IMG/VR virus record: IMGVR_UViG_3300034064_000912
Coordinates: 4,209 to 68,208 of that record
DNA length: 64,000 nt
Origin: a virus
Reading direction: 5' to 3' (one strand)
In this document: one piece after another, positions 17,448 through 27,317 of the stretch
Layout: every line of letters starts with the position of its first letter
How positions within the stretch are numbered: position 1 is the first letter of the stretch
The notes under the pieces: model-generated
Database searches by the model: none
What the model saw: only the letters and a program-made list of their open reading frames with translations
What the model was told of the DNA's origin: nothing
Program-made: the position numbers and the translations under genes

Positions 17448-19661
17448 TTATATCTGTAAAGCTATACAACGCATATTTTTCATTATTGGAACAAGAATAG
17501 AATTATTAGTAACGGGCACAATTTTAACAGCAAATGTCTTGTATGAATCATATACACCATCTGTAGAAGTTGTATATCTTAAAATACCATTATTGTTTGC
17601 ATATAAAAATGCACCAAATCTAGACTGAAGCCCAGGTATATTACCAACCGTAGCATTAGCAGTTGAAAATGTAGTATTAGATGATACAATCATAGTTGAA
17701 TTATTCACAATAGAACTTACTTTTCTTACATTAAAATGAGTAGTAGTATTGGCTATGTAAATATATGTATTAACAGTATAAAATGAAGTATCAGCAACTT
17801 TTACTGTTGTATTGCTAAATGTATTAGCACCAGATGAGTCTACTGGTACACTAGAAGGAAGACCAAACTGAAGTTCTACTGTATCATCTCTATTAATAGC
17901 TGAACTATATACTGCTGATGTTTGATCAAATTCAGCCATTACTGACCAATCTTTAGAATTAAATGTATCAGTATCAGCTCCATTTAGAAATTTACCATAC
18001 ACATTAAATTGTGTTCCGGCTGGTCTATATACAGTCAAATAACAATTTAAATCTTCAGCATCTTGCTTATCTGCTAATACTACATTTTTAGAAATATATC
18101 TAGAAGCACCGTAATAACCATTTTCAAGTGTTTCATCAAAATATGTTACTGTAGTAACATTTGCTGAAGCTGTAGAAGTTGCACCAACTATATTAGTATT
18201 AAGTACAAATTCCGAATTTGCTGAAATAATTCGAACATAGCTATTATTAGCTTCATCAATAATGCCGCCGACAGCTCCCTGAGTTACTGTTTCTCCTATC
18301 TGGAATTTACCGGTAGTATTAGCAATATTTAAATGATAACCAGTAAGTTGTGTTTGTGCAGTTGCTTGATTATATGCAATAGTTACAGATGTACCAAGTC
18401 TATCAATGAAAGGCGCAGTTAGATTATTTGATGTGCTTAAATCAGCTTTTACAATTAGAGTATTGTTAGTACCAATAGTAGCATTTGCTAAAGAATTACT
18501 TCGTGATAATAAAAGTCTTTCTGTATCAGTAAACTCATTTGGCAATCCTGGAAGCGCAGTTATGTCTGAATCTGCTATCATACTATTAGAGTAACCTTTA
18601 AATGATACAGTAATAGCAGTCTGAGCTGGTCTAATGAAATTAATTTGTGGTGTTATACTATCATATTGTTTATTTGCTACCGAAGCAATATTTGCTGACG
18701 CATTAGATTGAGTACCGAATATAAATTGATTAGCCGATGTTGAAAAATTAAGTGTTGTATTTGCGTTTGGACTTTCAATAATCAGTTCAAGTTCTTCTAG
18801 AGAATAGTACTGAGACTGAGCACTTAATATTCCACTAAGAGCACCATTACCAGCAATTCTACCAACTATACAGTTACTAGAAGTAAATGAAATATTTGAA
18901 GTTACAGTAAATGCGGTAGTATTTGAAATTGCTGTATTTACTTGTCTAAAATTAATCGTTGATCTATCTGTAGTAGCCACATAAATCCAGCAGTTTGCAG
19001 CAAATGTAGTTAGTGATGTATTTGGAACTCTTACAATTGTGGTATTAGCAGTTGTATTTGCTTCTGTAATAATATTATTTGATATCCAGATTTTTTCTGT
19101 ATTATAAAAAGTTCCAACAACATTATTAATTTTAATAAATTCAGTAGGAGTAGGCGTTAAATATACAGATGCTGATGACGAAGTAAAATTAGCAATATAC
19201 ATATCATACTTCATACTTTCAGTAATTACTGGTGTCCATACTAAATCGTTTGATGATATAAAGAGATTTCCAAGCTGATTATTAGTATATATCGGAGCTT
19301 GTGTATTTACATCAACACCACCTAATTCACCAGTCCACACTTGATATTCATCAGTACCACCATCTGGAATAAGTACCATTGCATATTGCACATTAGACTG
19401 AAGAAATGGTGGTGATACAAATGTAAATGTAGAGGCAGCAGTAGCTGAGTCTGATGCTGTTACATTAGCAGCATCTAATCTAGATATACCACCACTAAGT
19501 CTATTAGGTGTAGGAAATCCATTATCTACTGTTCTAATCTCTAATGTGATACCATATAAAGATGATACAGATTTAAAATAGACATTTATCTTAGTTAAAA
19601 AAACGCCATCTATTCCAGTATTAGGCTGGGATACTAAGAAAGTTTGAGCTATTGGTTTCAT
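17448..19661 (-). CDS. virion structural protein (C-terminal part of the DUF4815/VrlC-like family)
   Basis: PIAQTF...GVFLTKINVYF...EIRTVDNGFP N-terminus; SRYISKNVVL...AEDL...YKTFAVKIV...RCIALQ C-terminus. Confidence 0.75.
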   Translation of the reverse strand: MKPIAQTFLVSQPNTGIDGVFLTKINVYFKSVSSLYGITLEIRTVDNGFPTPNRLSGGISRLDAANVTASDSATAASTFTFVSPPFLQSNVQYAMVLIPDGGTDEYQVWTGELGGVDVNTQAPIYTNNQLGNLFISSNDLVWTPVITESMKYDMYIANFTSSSASVYLTPTPTEFIKINNVVGTFYNTEKIWISNNIITEANTTANTTIVRVPNTSLTTFAANCWIYVATTDRSTINFRQVNTAISNTTAFTVTSNISFTSSNCIVGRIAGNGALSGILSAQSQYYSLEELELIIESPNANTTLNFSTSANQFIFGTQSNASANIASVANKQYDSITPQINFIRPAQTAITVSFKGYSNSMIADSDITALPGLPNEFTDTERLLLSRSNSLANATIGTNNTLIVKADLSTSNNLTAPFIDRLGTSVTIAYNQATAQTQLTGYHLNIANTTGKFQIGETVTQGAVGGIIDEANNSYVRIISANSEFVLNTNIVGATSTASANVTTVTYFDETLENGYYGASRYISKNVVLADKQDAEDLNCYLTVYRPAGTQFNVYGKFLNGADTDTFNSKDWSVMAEFDQTSAVYSSAINRDDTVELQFGLPSSVPVDSSGANTFSNTTVKVADTSFYTVNTYIYIANTTTHFNVRKVSSIVNNSTMIVSSNTTFSTANATVGNIPGLQSRFGAFLYANNNGILRYTTSTDGVYDSYKTFAVKIVPVTNNSILVPIMKNMRCIALQI

Positions 19662-19728
19662 TTAATTAATATCTTTTTAAAGGATTAAAATTCAAAGTAT
19701 TACCAGTCATAGACTACTTTATCCATCA

Positions 19729-22700
19729 TTACAAGCCACCACCATTATCATATGAATTATAATAATATGGCGTATACCATATATATTCTTCAATGGGTGC
19801 TGGCGGAGGCGGTGGATAAGTAATAATTACCGGTGGACCCGATACAACGCTATTTGTTTGAATAGTTTGATTTTGTGTAACTTCATTAATTGCTACGGTT
19901 GCATTTCTTGTATTTAGTATAGAACTTCCATATGATATCGATAATCCGCTTCCTGCATAAGTAGCTACTGCTTCAGTAGTTATAGCACTTTGTCCCTGAG
20001 TTAGATCTGATATATCTGTAAGTCTAAACTGAATATCTCCAGCTTTAAATGTTTCTGGTGGTATAGAAAATAATCCACGCACTGTTCCATCAGATTGTAC
20101 AATTAAATTACTTGACCATGTATTGTTATTTAGTGTATAATATGAATATACAATACTGCCTGTAGCATCAACAGTTTTAAGAGTATATAATACACTACCA
20201 TCGGCAGCTTTATTAATATTATTTACATTTGTTACTACACCAGTATAAACAAATAGCGGCATACAGAAACTACTAACTGGAGTATCGCCAAAGTATGGAT
20301 ATACTCTAGTATTTGGTCTTAGTCCTTTAGCAGAAAAGAATACTACTTTGGGCATAATATACGGCTTAATACTTATGTCAGTAACATAAGTGCCTAGATT
20401 TAAAGCACTGCTAGATTCTGTAAGACCAAGTTGTGCACCAGTCTTTGTTTGATTGGCAGTAGTTGTAGTATTTATCTGTGTCTGATATGCTGTTGTTGTC
20501 GAGCCATCAGCATTAGTTACAGAAGAAGAAATTCCACCAGTTTGATAGGCACTTCCATATGCAGTACTTGAGCTAGTAGTTACCCAATTCCCCCAAGAAG
20601 TTCCCCAGCCCTGTTGTGCTCTAAGATTAATCCAATTGGATGCTAAATCAAGATTATTGACTATAGCTGGAGAAACTGTAGTATCAGGCTGTGTATCACC
20701 AGAAGGAAATAGTGATATGCTACCCCTAAAGTTATAGATATTACCCTCAATACAGTTATGATACTTAGATGCATATGGTTGTTGCTGAAGTAATGTATCA
20801 TCAGTATGATTTAAAGTAATTAGATGTCCACGTTGTTTATATCCAGTACTAAGTGCTGTATCTACACTTAGATTTAAATTCAACTGTCTAAAAAATGGTC
20901 TAGCTTCCTGCCTATTTGGATCTATTGCAATTGAATATTGCGGATGTAGAGTATTACCAATATCATGACCTCTAAATGGATCTACAAGAATACCATTCTT
21001 AAATCTATTTTGTCCTGATGTGCCACTTCTTACAAGAAGATTAGTTGCTGATTGCTCAAGAAGAGAAAGTGAAGTATAATATTCTAGATTATCTATTCTA
21101 TTTGAAAGTGTACCAATATCTGCCATTGTATAGCGCTTAATCTGAGATAGATTAATTGTAGTGGCATAATCATATCTGCCATAAGTCTTAGCACTTACTG
21201 CGGATAGTGTAGGATATGGAGGCACATCGATAATACCAAGAGACATTGTTCCAGGAATTTCAGATGGTGCTCTTGGTGACGGATCTGATAATCCTTCTGT
21301 TACTAATAATTGTCCGCCTGTAGTTAAAGAAATTCTATCTCTACGTGGCAAATAATGTGTTATGTTAGTTTTAAATGTTTGATTAGGCGCAATGATATAT
21401 GCCCCAGCTGCACCTGTAGGTATGCTTGAATCTGTAGCACCAGAAAAAGTAAGAGTAGTGCTTGGATTAACTGTAGCAGATGCAAGTACCGGTGTAATTA
21501 CGGTTGTATTAGCGCCAAATGGGCGGAAATCAACACAATCTCTTAAATCAAATGTTGAACCTTTAGACGGTGAGAAAAATAAAGGTATTTCAGCTGTATT
21601 AATTCCATCAGTATTAGCAGTATTAACATCATCTATTGGATATGAATTAGCAGTAAAGAATCCAACACCTTGAGATTGTGTATGTGTAAAATGATCAACT
21701 GATACTAAGATTGTACTATTTACCGGTAATGATGTAATTTTAGACTTAAGATATGCTAATCCATAATGAGAATCACGCTGGCCATTATCAAGCACAAATG
21801 AACCTACTGAATTAGTTACAGTATTTGAATAACTGCCACTTGAAATCCATACACCATTAACTCTAAAAGCATCTGTAACACCTAAACACCAAGGACCTGT
21901 AGTACTACCTATATTAGTGTTTGTTGCAATTTTTACAAGAGTATTTCTTGTAATTGCTTTTTTCATGGGTACTGTATTATATCTTTCAATATCATGATAT
22001 ACATTTGCTGCAAATGTTGCGCTAGTAGTATTACCCAGACTTAATGTTGCAGTTGTAGAACCTGTAATAGTTATTGATCTTTTTGGTCTATTTACAAACG
22101 GAATAGGTATACCAGCTGGAAAAGCTTCTCTATGAGTGGCTGTAGTATTTGCTACAGCAAACGCACTATACGCTGTCATATATGTACTATTTACAATAGA
22201 TGTAAGTGTTTTTAAATCAGTACCAACATTAATTATATCGCCAACAACATATTCATTGGTAAATGATGTACTAGTGCCTGTAATTATATTAGAAGTAGTG
22301 TTTACTGATACAGTACCAGTATTATTTGAACTATAACCATTTACAGCTGGTATTACAGTAAATGTAGAAGCTTGAATCTGACTAAGTGTTCCAATACCAT
22401 ATGTAAAACGTTCAGCGCCAGTACCAACTGCAGCTGATAAAGTTATATTAAGATTACCATTAGTGCCAAAAGTAGAATTAGCTCTATTTCTGTATATGAA
22501 TGATGTAGTATTACCAAATCCATCATTCTTAACAGCTTTCTGACCAAATGAATATATCATTGTATTATTAACAATTTCTTCTAGTTCTGCAGTATAAGAA
22601 CTAGTTCTACTATCATATGTTAATACGATATCAGCCACAGCTGTATATACGCCTGATGGCGCATATATTATGCTACGTGCGGAATTAAAATTAAAGCCTG

Positions 22701-24087
22701 GATTCATTTCTATATTAAATAGATACATAATATATTTTGCATCATATACGCCGGGTGTTCCAGAAAAATATTCTATACCTCTGATATAAGCAGTACCAAT
22801 TTTAGTAGCAGAATTATATGCTGGTGTTAAAAATGTACCGGTACTAATAGCAGTTTTTGCCACAGAATGAAGTTCTACTTGTGTAATATTATCTGTATTA
22901 AAATCACCAATAAATTCTTTACCATAAACATAATAACCAAAGTTTGCTGATATAATCTGATTAGTAAAACTTTCAGTATCAAGACCTTTTCTTAAATCGA
23001 CCGCATTTCTATTAAGAAATTCTACTCTATATCCTTTGGCATATGCCAAACCAGGTGATGATATTAAACTCAAATAATTAGAATTAGCTGTAGTATTAGA
23101 TGAATCTGTATTGGCTTTTTTGTTTTCAGTTGTAAGTAAAAATGGATTAACTACAAAATCACCATTAGTTTCAAATGTTCTTCTTGCAAGTTCAGTTCCA
23201 AGTGCAGCATATTGTGGATCATTTTTAATAGTAACTGGACGGCCTGAATTAAAATCGCAGATAGAAAAGAATGTTTCAGTATTTGAAATATCAGAAGTTG
23301 TCTTAACAATTAAATTGGGTGTTAACTTCAAACGATGTGCACCAGGAGCGCCATAATTTGGCGTATCAGCAGCATTATCATATAGAGCTGTATTAGAAGC
23401 TGGTGTTTCAATTGTTTCTTCTACACCAAAACCAACTGAATAATTATTAGGAGTATTCGAATATTTCGAAACAACTACTGACTGAGCTGGAACTCTTACA
23501 AAATAACCTTTTTTGAATATAATGCCATCAGTTACAGACATGGAATAGCCATAACCAACAGCATTACCAAAACTGCCACCAGAATTTGCTACAGTAACAT
23601 TGCCAATGGCTACATTGGCCGTAGTAGAAATTACTAGATTTTCAGTTGAATCAAATGTTGATTGTATTGCACCATTTGTATAAGTACCAGAATTTATGTA
23701 TTTGATATACAGTGTATTTAATTCAGGTGCTTGAGAAATGTATCCTTGAACACTATCTACAATAATTGCAGTAAGATTGCTGCTGGATTTTATAATCCTA
23801 CCATTAAAGTCTTCAATAGTAAAAGCAGAACCATTTGCATAATTATCATTAATTTTTACATATGAATATTGATTATCAAATGTAAAAGCACAACCTTCTA
23901 AAACTGATCCTTCTTTATATATGCTTTTACCGAATTTGTTAAGTTGATCTTGCAGTATACTTTGAGCAGCATTCATTTCGCGTGCTTGAACAGGCACACC
24001 AGGTCTAAACAATACGGCATACTGGTTTGAATTAGAATTATAGTCGTCGAAGTATGGACTGCGTGATAGATCCGTGTCTAAAGTCAT
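19729..24087 (-). CDS. large virion structural protein, DUF4815/VrlC-like
   Basis: SPYFDDY...VLFRPGVPVQARE...QSILQ; APGAHRLK; RYTMADIG.L..RIDNLEYYTSLSLLE; RFKNGILVDPF. Confidence 0.85.
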   Translation of the reverse strand: MTLDTDLSRSPYFDDYNSNSNQYAVLFRPGVPVQAREMNAAQSILQDQLNKFGKSIYKEGSVLEGCAFTFDNQYSYVKINDNYANGSAFTIEDFNGRIIKSSSNLTAIIVDSVQGYISQAPELNTLYIKYINSGTYTNGAIQSTFDSTENLVISTTANVAIGNVTVANSGGSFGNAVGYGYSMSVTDGIIFKKGYFVRVPAQSVVVSKYSNTPNNYSVGFGVEETIETPASNTALYDNAADTPNYGAPGAHRLKLTPNLIVKTTSDISNTETFFSICDFNSGRPVTIKNDPQYAALGTELARRTFETNGDFVVNPFLLTTENKKANTDSSNTTANSNYLSLISSPGLAYAKGYRVEFLNRNAVDLRKGLDTESFTNQIISANFGYYVYGKEFIGDFNTDNITQVELHSVAKTAISTGTFLTPAYNSATKIGTAYIRGIEYFSGTPGVYDAKYIMYLFNIEMNPGFNFNSARSIIYAPSGVYTAVADIVLTYDSRTSSYTAELEEIVNNTMIYSFGQKAVKNDGFGNTTSFIYRNRANSTFGTNGNLNITLSAAVGTGAERFTYGIGTLSQIQASTFTVIPAVNGYSSNNTGTVSVNTTSNIITGTSTSFTNEYVVGDIINVGTDLKTLTSIVNSTYMTAYSAFAVANTTATHREAFPAGIPIPFVNRPKRSITITGSTTATLSLGNTTSATFAANVYHDIERYNTVPMKKAITRNTLVKIATNTNIGSTTGPWCLGVTDAFRVNGVWISSGSYSNTVTNSVGSFVLDNGQRDSHYGLAYLKSKITSLPVNSTILVSVDHFTHTQSQGVGFFTANSYPIDDVNTANTDGINTAEIPLFFSPSKGSTFDLRDCVDFRPFGANTTVITPVLASATVNPSTTLTFSGATDSSIPTGAAGAYIIAPNQTFKTNITHYLPRRDRISLTTGGQLLVTEGLSDPSPRAPSEIPGTMSLGIIDVPPYPTLSAVSAKTYGRYDYATTINLSQIKRYTMADIGTLSNRIDNLEYYTSLSLLEQSATNLLVRSGTSGQNRFKNGILVDPFRGHDIGNTLHPQYSIAIDPNRQEARPFFRQLNLNLSVDTALSTGYKQRGHLITLNHTDDTLLQQQPYASKYHNCIEGNIYNFRGSISLFPSGDTQPDTTVSPAIVNNLDLASNWINLRAQQGWGTSWGNWVTTSSSTAYGSAYQTGGISSSVTNADGSTTTAYQTQINTTTTANQTKTGAQLGLTESSSALNLGTYVTDISIKPYIMPKVVFFSAKGLRPNTRVYPYFGDTPVSSFCMPLFVYTGVVTNVNNINKAADGSVLYTLKTVDATGSIVYSYYTLNNNTWSSNLIVQSDGTVRGLFSIPPETFKAGDIQFRLTDISDLTQGQSAITTEAVATYAGSGLSISYGSSILNTRNATVAINEVTQNQTIQTNSVVSGPPVIITYPPPPPAPIEEYIWYTPYYYNSYDNGGGL

Positions 24088-24095
24088 TATTTCCT

Positions 24096-27000
24096 CTAAA
24101 ACTTGATAACTATATTTATTTTCTCAGTTGATGTATTAGATCTTGTAAATGGAACAACATTTTCAATATAAGAAGTTGTTCCAGATCCTCTTACAAGTTC
24201 TGGATATAATATAGTATCTGATAATGTTGCAATTCCAGTTGCGCCAGAAGTAGCACCAGTTATAATATTAGTACCAGTATTAAATGTATTATACACATTA
24301 TATAATACTAATGCTGGATATATATTAGTTATCTGTGCTTGTGTTGATAATTGATTTATCACTATTTCATTAGATGCAAAAGTGCCATTCGTATCAGTAC
24401 ATCTGACATAAGAATTATTTGCCCATAAAACAATAGCAGATGCACCAGTAGTATTACCCGTTAATTTATCACCATTTATAAATGTGCCAGTAGGTGCAGT
24501 TAATGTAAAATCAATATCTTTATTATATGTAAGTACAGTGCCAGTTCCATTAGAATACTGCTGTGTTACTTTTTCAAACTGAGAAAATACGCCAGTATTT
24601 GAAGTAAGAGGTATTCTGCAAGTCTGATTAAATGTATGACCAAAATTGGTTGTAGCATCTATATTACCATTTGCTATTGATATAGAAACAATATTAGCAT
24701 AAGCATTTGTTTGTGAATCATATAATATATCATTAGCATTAAAATGACCGCTTATATCTGATAGTCTAACAATAGTATTATTTGGTGTTTGTATTATTCT
24801 ACCGGTTGCACCGGTTTTTATTTGTGATACAGACTGCACATTGGAATAAACAGAAAAATAAGAAACACTAGAATTGACCATGCCATTTGCAGCAGTAGTT
24901 ACTACATTGGCTCTAGCACCAGAAGCTAATCCAACTACACTGGTATTTACTGACTCTGTACCTGGAGTGCCATAAGTATAAAATGGCAAACTTGTTGCTG
25001 TATTAGAAACATTTTTTAATTCAAGATAAGAAGAATTAGCAAATACCATAACACCAGCTTTACCGGTATTAGCTTGATATACTATTTCATCATTAACAAA
25101 ACTTGTACCATTATTACTGCCAAGATATAATTTTACTCTGTCAAATGTGTTTAATGTAAGTGTAGCATCATTAATTGTCGGATCTTCTAAAATACCTATT
25201 CTTCTATAATTTCCAGTTACTGGAAACTTATAACTTTCATTATCACCATTTGCAAATGTTACTGATATGCCAGCATATTTTGCAGCAAGTTCCATATATG
25301 TATTTGATCCATGACCATTTTCTGGACTTATTACCGTCTCTGCAGTAGCGCCAGAACCCCATACATTATTAGATGTTATAGTTACATTTGCTGTAGTATA
25401 ATTTTGACCAGTGTTAATCATATATACTTCAGATATAGATCTATTTGGATTAACTGAGTCATCAGTATTAACGTACGCATATGCTAATGCACCATTTCCA
25501 TCACCTGTAATAGATACTTTAGGTGATATAACATATTCTGTTAATTGATTTGGTGTTATACTGGTAAATAATACTTGAGCATTTCCAGTAGTATTACCAG
25601 AAGAGTTTGCTACAAAAATAGGCTGAGAACTATTAAAATCACCTATTGGCTGTTCTATTGTTATATTTGGATAACTTGTTACAGAATATATTTGTGCTTT
25701 TACATTTGAAGATTTGCCAATAACAAATAAATTGGCAGTCATTGTTCCACTTACAGATGTCAATTGTAATACTGAGTCATTTGCAAATGATACTATGCCA
25801 TTTGCGCCTTGATTAATATCATATTCATTTATCTGTGTTACTTGCTCACCGGGTATGAATAACTTCCCAATTGGCTGTGTATTAGTAATACTAATATTAA
25901 TTCCATTTAAATTTGTATAACTTATAGTTCCATATGCACTATATGTACTTGTAGATACTGGGATAGCAGCAGAAGGAATTAGATAATGCACATTTGAAAT
26001 ATAAGTTTGTGAAAATGGTGTATTAGCATCACAGATTATTACAGTAGAATTTACTGAAATAATTCTTCTAATCTGTGTATTAGATGTAGTATTTCCAATT
26101 TTAATATAATTACCAGAAGCATAGTTAGAAGTAAATCCAGTACCAGTATTTGCTATTACAAAATTATTTCCAGCTATAACAGTAACGTTACCAGATTTAA
26201 GAGTACCGGTTGAAGCAGAATTATAGAAAGGTAAATCTAAACTAAAATTATTAGATGAATTATTTTTTGTAACTATAAAATTAGATGAATTAGCTACTGC
26301 TATCGTGCCGGTAGCGCCTGTATCAGTCTGAATAATATTATTTCCAACAGAAAAATTACCAGTACTATATAGATATGATACATAAACTGAATTTTGTGTT
26401 ACTCTATTACCAACTGATATTGTGCCTTGAACATTGGCAAGATTTAAATTTACATATACTGTAAATGGCGGATTTACTGAAAGACGTCTATCTAATCCAG
26501 AGTATTCAGTAACGTCTCTAATTTGACCAGCACCAGCACCTGCTTTTAAATATATGGTTGAACCAACATATAATCCATTTATTTGTGATGCTGTATTTGG
26601 AAGAATTACTTGATAGCCGCCTAAAAGTGTATTACGCAAAAATCCTTCATCATAAACTTGATAATTTGTACCTGAAGATGTAATATTAATATAATCTATA
26701 GTTCCAGCCACCGCTGATGATTCAACATTAGAGTTAATTGTAACTGGAATATATGAACTAGTAGAAAATTTATTATTAGCACTAGTTTCAACAGTATACA
26801 TATATTTCCAAATATATCCATCAGAAGTTCTAAATGTGCCAGTAGGTGTATTTAATGATGGTTTAATAGTAGAAACTGAATTTTGATTATTGTATATACA
26901 CTTATATACTTCACCTAGATCTGTTAATACATAAAAATCTTTATCAACTAAATCTGGATCATTTTTTGAATACTGCGCATAGATTGTATTATTAGTCCAT

Positions 27001-27239
27001 GAATTCTTGCGAATCATATATGAAACATCAGTATTAGCTATAAGTTTGCCGTATACTAAATCTCTATACAGAGAGAGTTCAGTTTGTTCTATAGAAGCAT
27101 TTGCTATAGGAGGATTAGCGTCATCACTCCATGGATCCGGCTTACCGACAAATATATAATATGATTTGCTAAGCTTTTTAATATTATTAATAAAGCTATC
27201 AATATTGTCAATTATTTGATTTACTGTCAGAATAGCCAT
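24096..27239 (-). CDS. gp8: baseplate wedge subunit gp8-like, greatly expanded
   Basis: YYIFVGKPDPW, FYVLTD..VYKCIYN, DGYIWKYMY, GHGSN, YRRIGILEDP, YIENV.P.TR...TEKINIVIKF. Confidence 0.8.
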   Translation of the reverse strand: MAILTVNQIIDNIDSFINNIKKLSKSYYIFVGKPDPWSDDANPPIANASIEQTELSLYRDLVYGKLIANTDVSYMIRKNSWTNNTIYAQYSKNDPDLVDKDFYVLTDLGEVYKCIYNNQNSVSTIKPSLNTPTGTFRTSDGYIWKYMYTVETSANNKFSTSSYIPVTINSNVESSAVAGTIDYINITSSGTNYQVYDEGFLRNTLLGGYQVILPNTASQINGLYVGSTIYLKAGAGAGQIRDVTEYSGLDRRLSVNPPFTVYVNLNLANVQGTISVGNRVTQNSVYVSYLYSTGNFSVGNNIIQTDTGATGTIAVANSSNFIVTKNNSSNNFSLDLPFYNSASTGTLKSGNVTVIAGNNFVIANTGTGFTSNYASGNYIKIGNTTSNTQIRRIISVNSTVIICDANTPFSQTYISNVHYLIPSAAIPVSTSTYSAYGTISYTNLNGINISITNTQPIGKLFIPGEQVTQINEYDINQGANGIVSFANDSVLQLTSVSGTMTANLFVIGKSSNVKAQIYSVTSYPNITIEQPIGDFNSSQPIFVANSSGNTTGNAQVLFTSITPNQLTEYVISPKVSITGDGNGALAYAYVNTDDSVNPNRSISEVYMINTGQNYTTANVTITSNNVWGSGATAETVISPENGHGSNTYMELAAKYAGISVTFANGDNESYKFPVTGNYRRIGILEDPTINDATLTLNTFDRVKLYLGSNNGTSFVNDEIVYQANTGKAGVMVFANSSYLELKNVSNTATSLPFYTYGTPGTESVNTSVVGLASGARANVVTTAANGMVNSSVSYFSVYSNVQSVSQIKTGATGRIIQTPNNTIVRLSDISGHFNANDILYDSQTNAYANIVSISIANGNIDATTNFGHTFNQTCRIPLTSNTGVFSQFEKVTQQYSNGTGTVLTYNKDIDFTLTAPTGTFINGDKLTGNTTGASAIVLWANNSYVRCTDTNGTFASNEIVINQLSTQAQITNIYPALVLYNVYNTFNTGTNIITGATSGATGIATLSDTILYPELVRGSGTTSYIENVVPFTRSNTSTEKINIVIKF

Positions 27240-27317
27240 TGTTTTTTCCAGATATCTTTATATATTCTATTTATGGTAATAATTCTAATTAAGCTAGAAT
27301 TTCTAAATGATTTTTAA

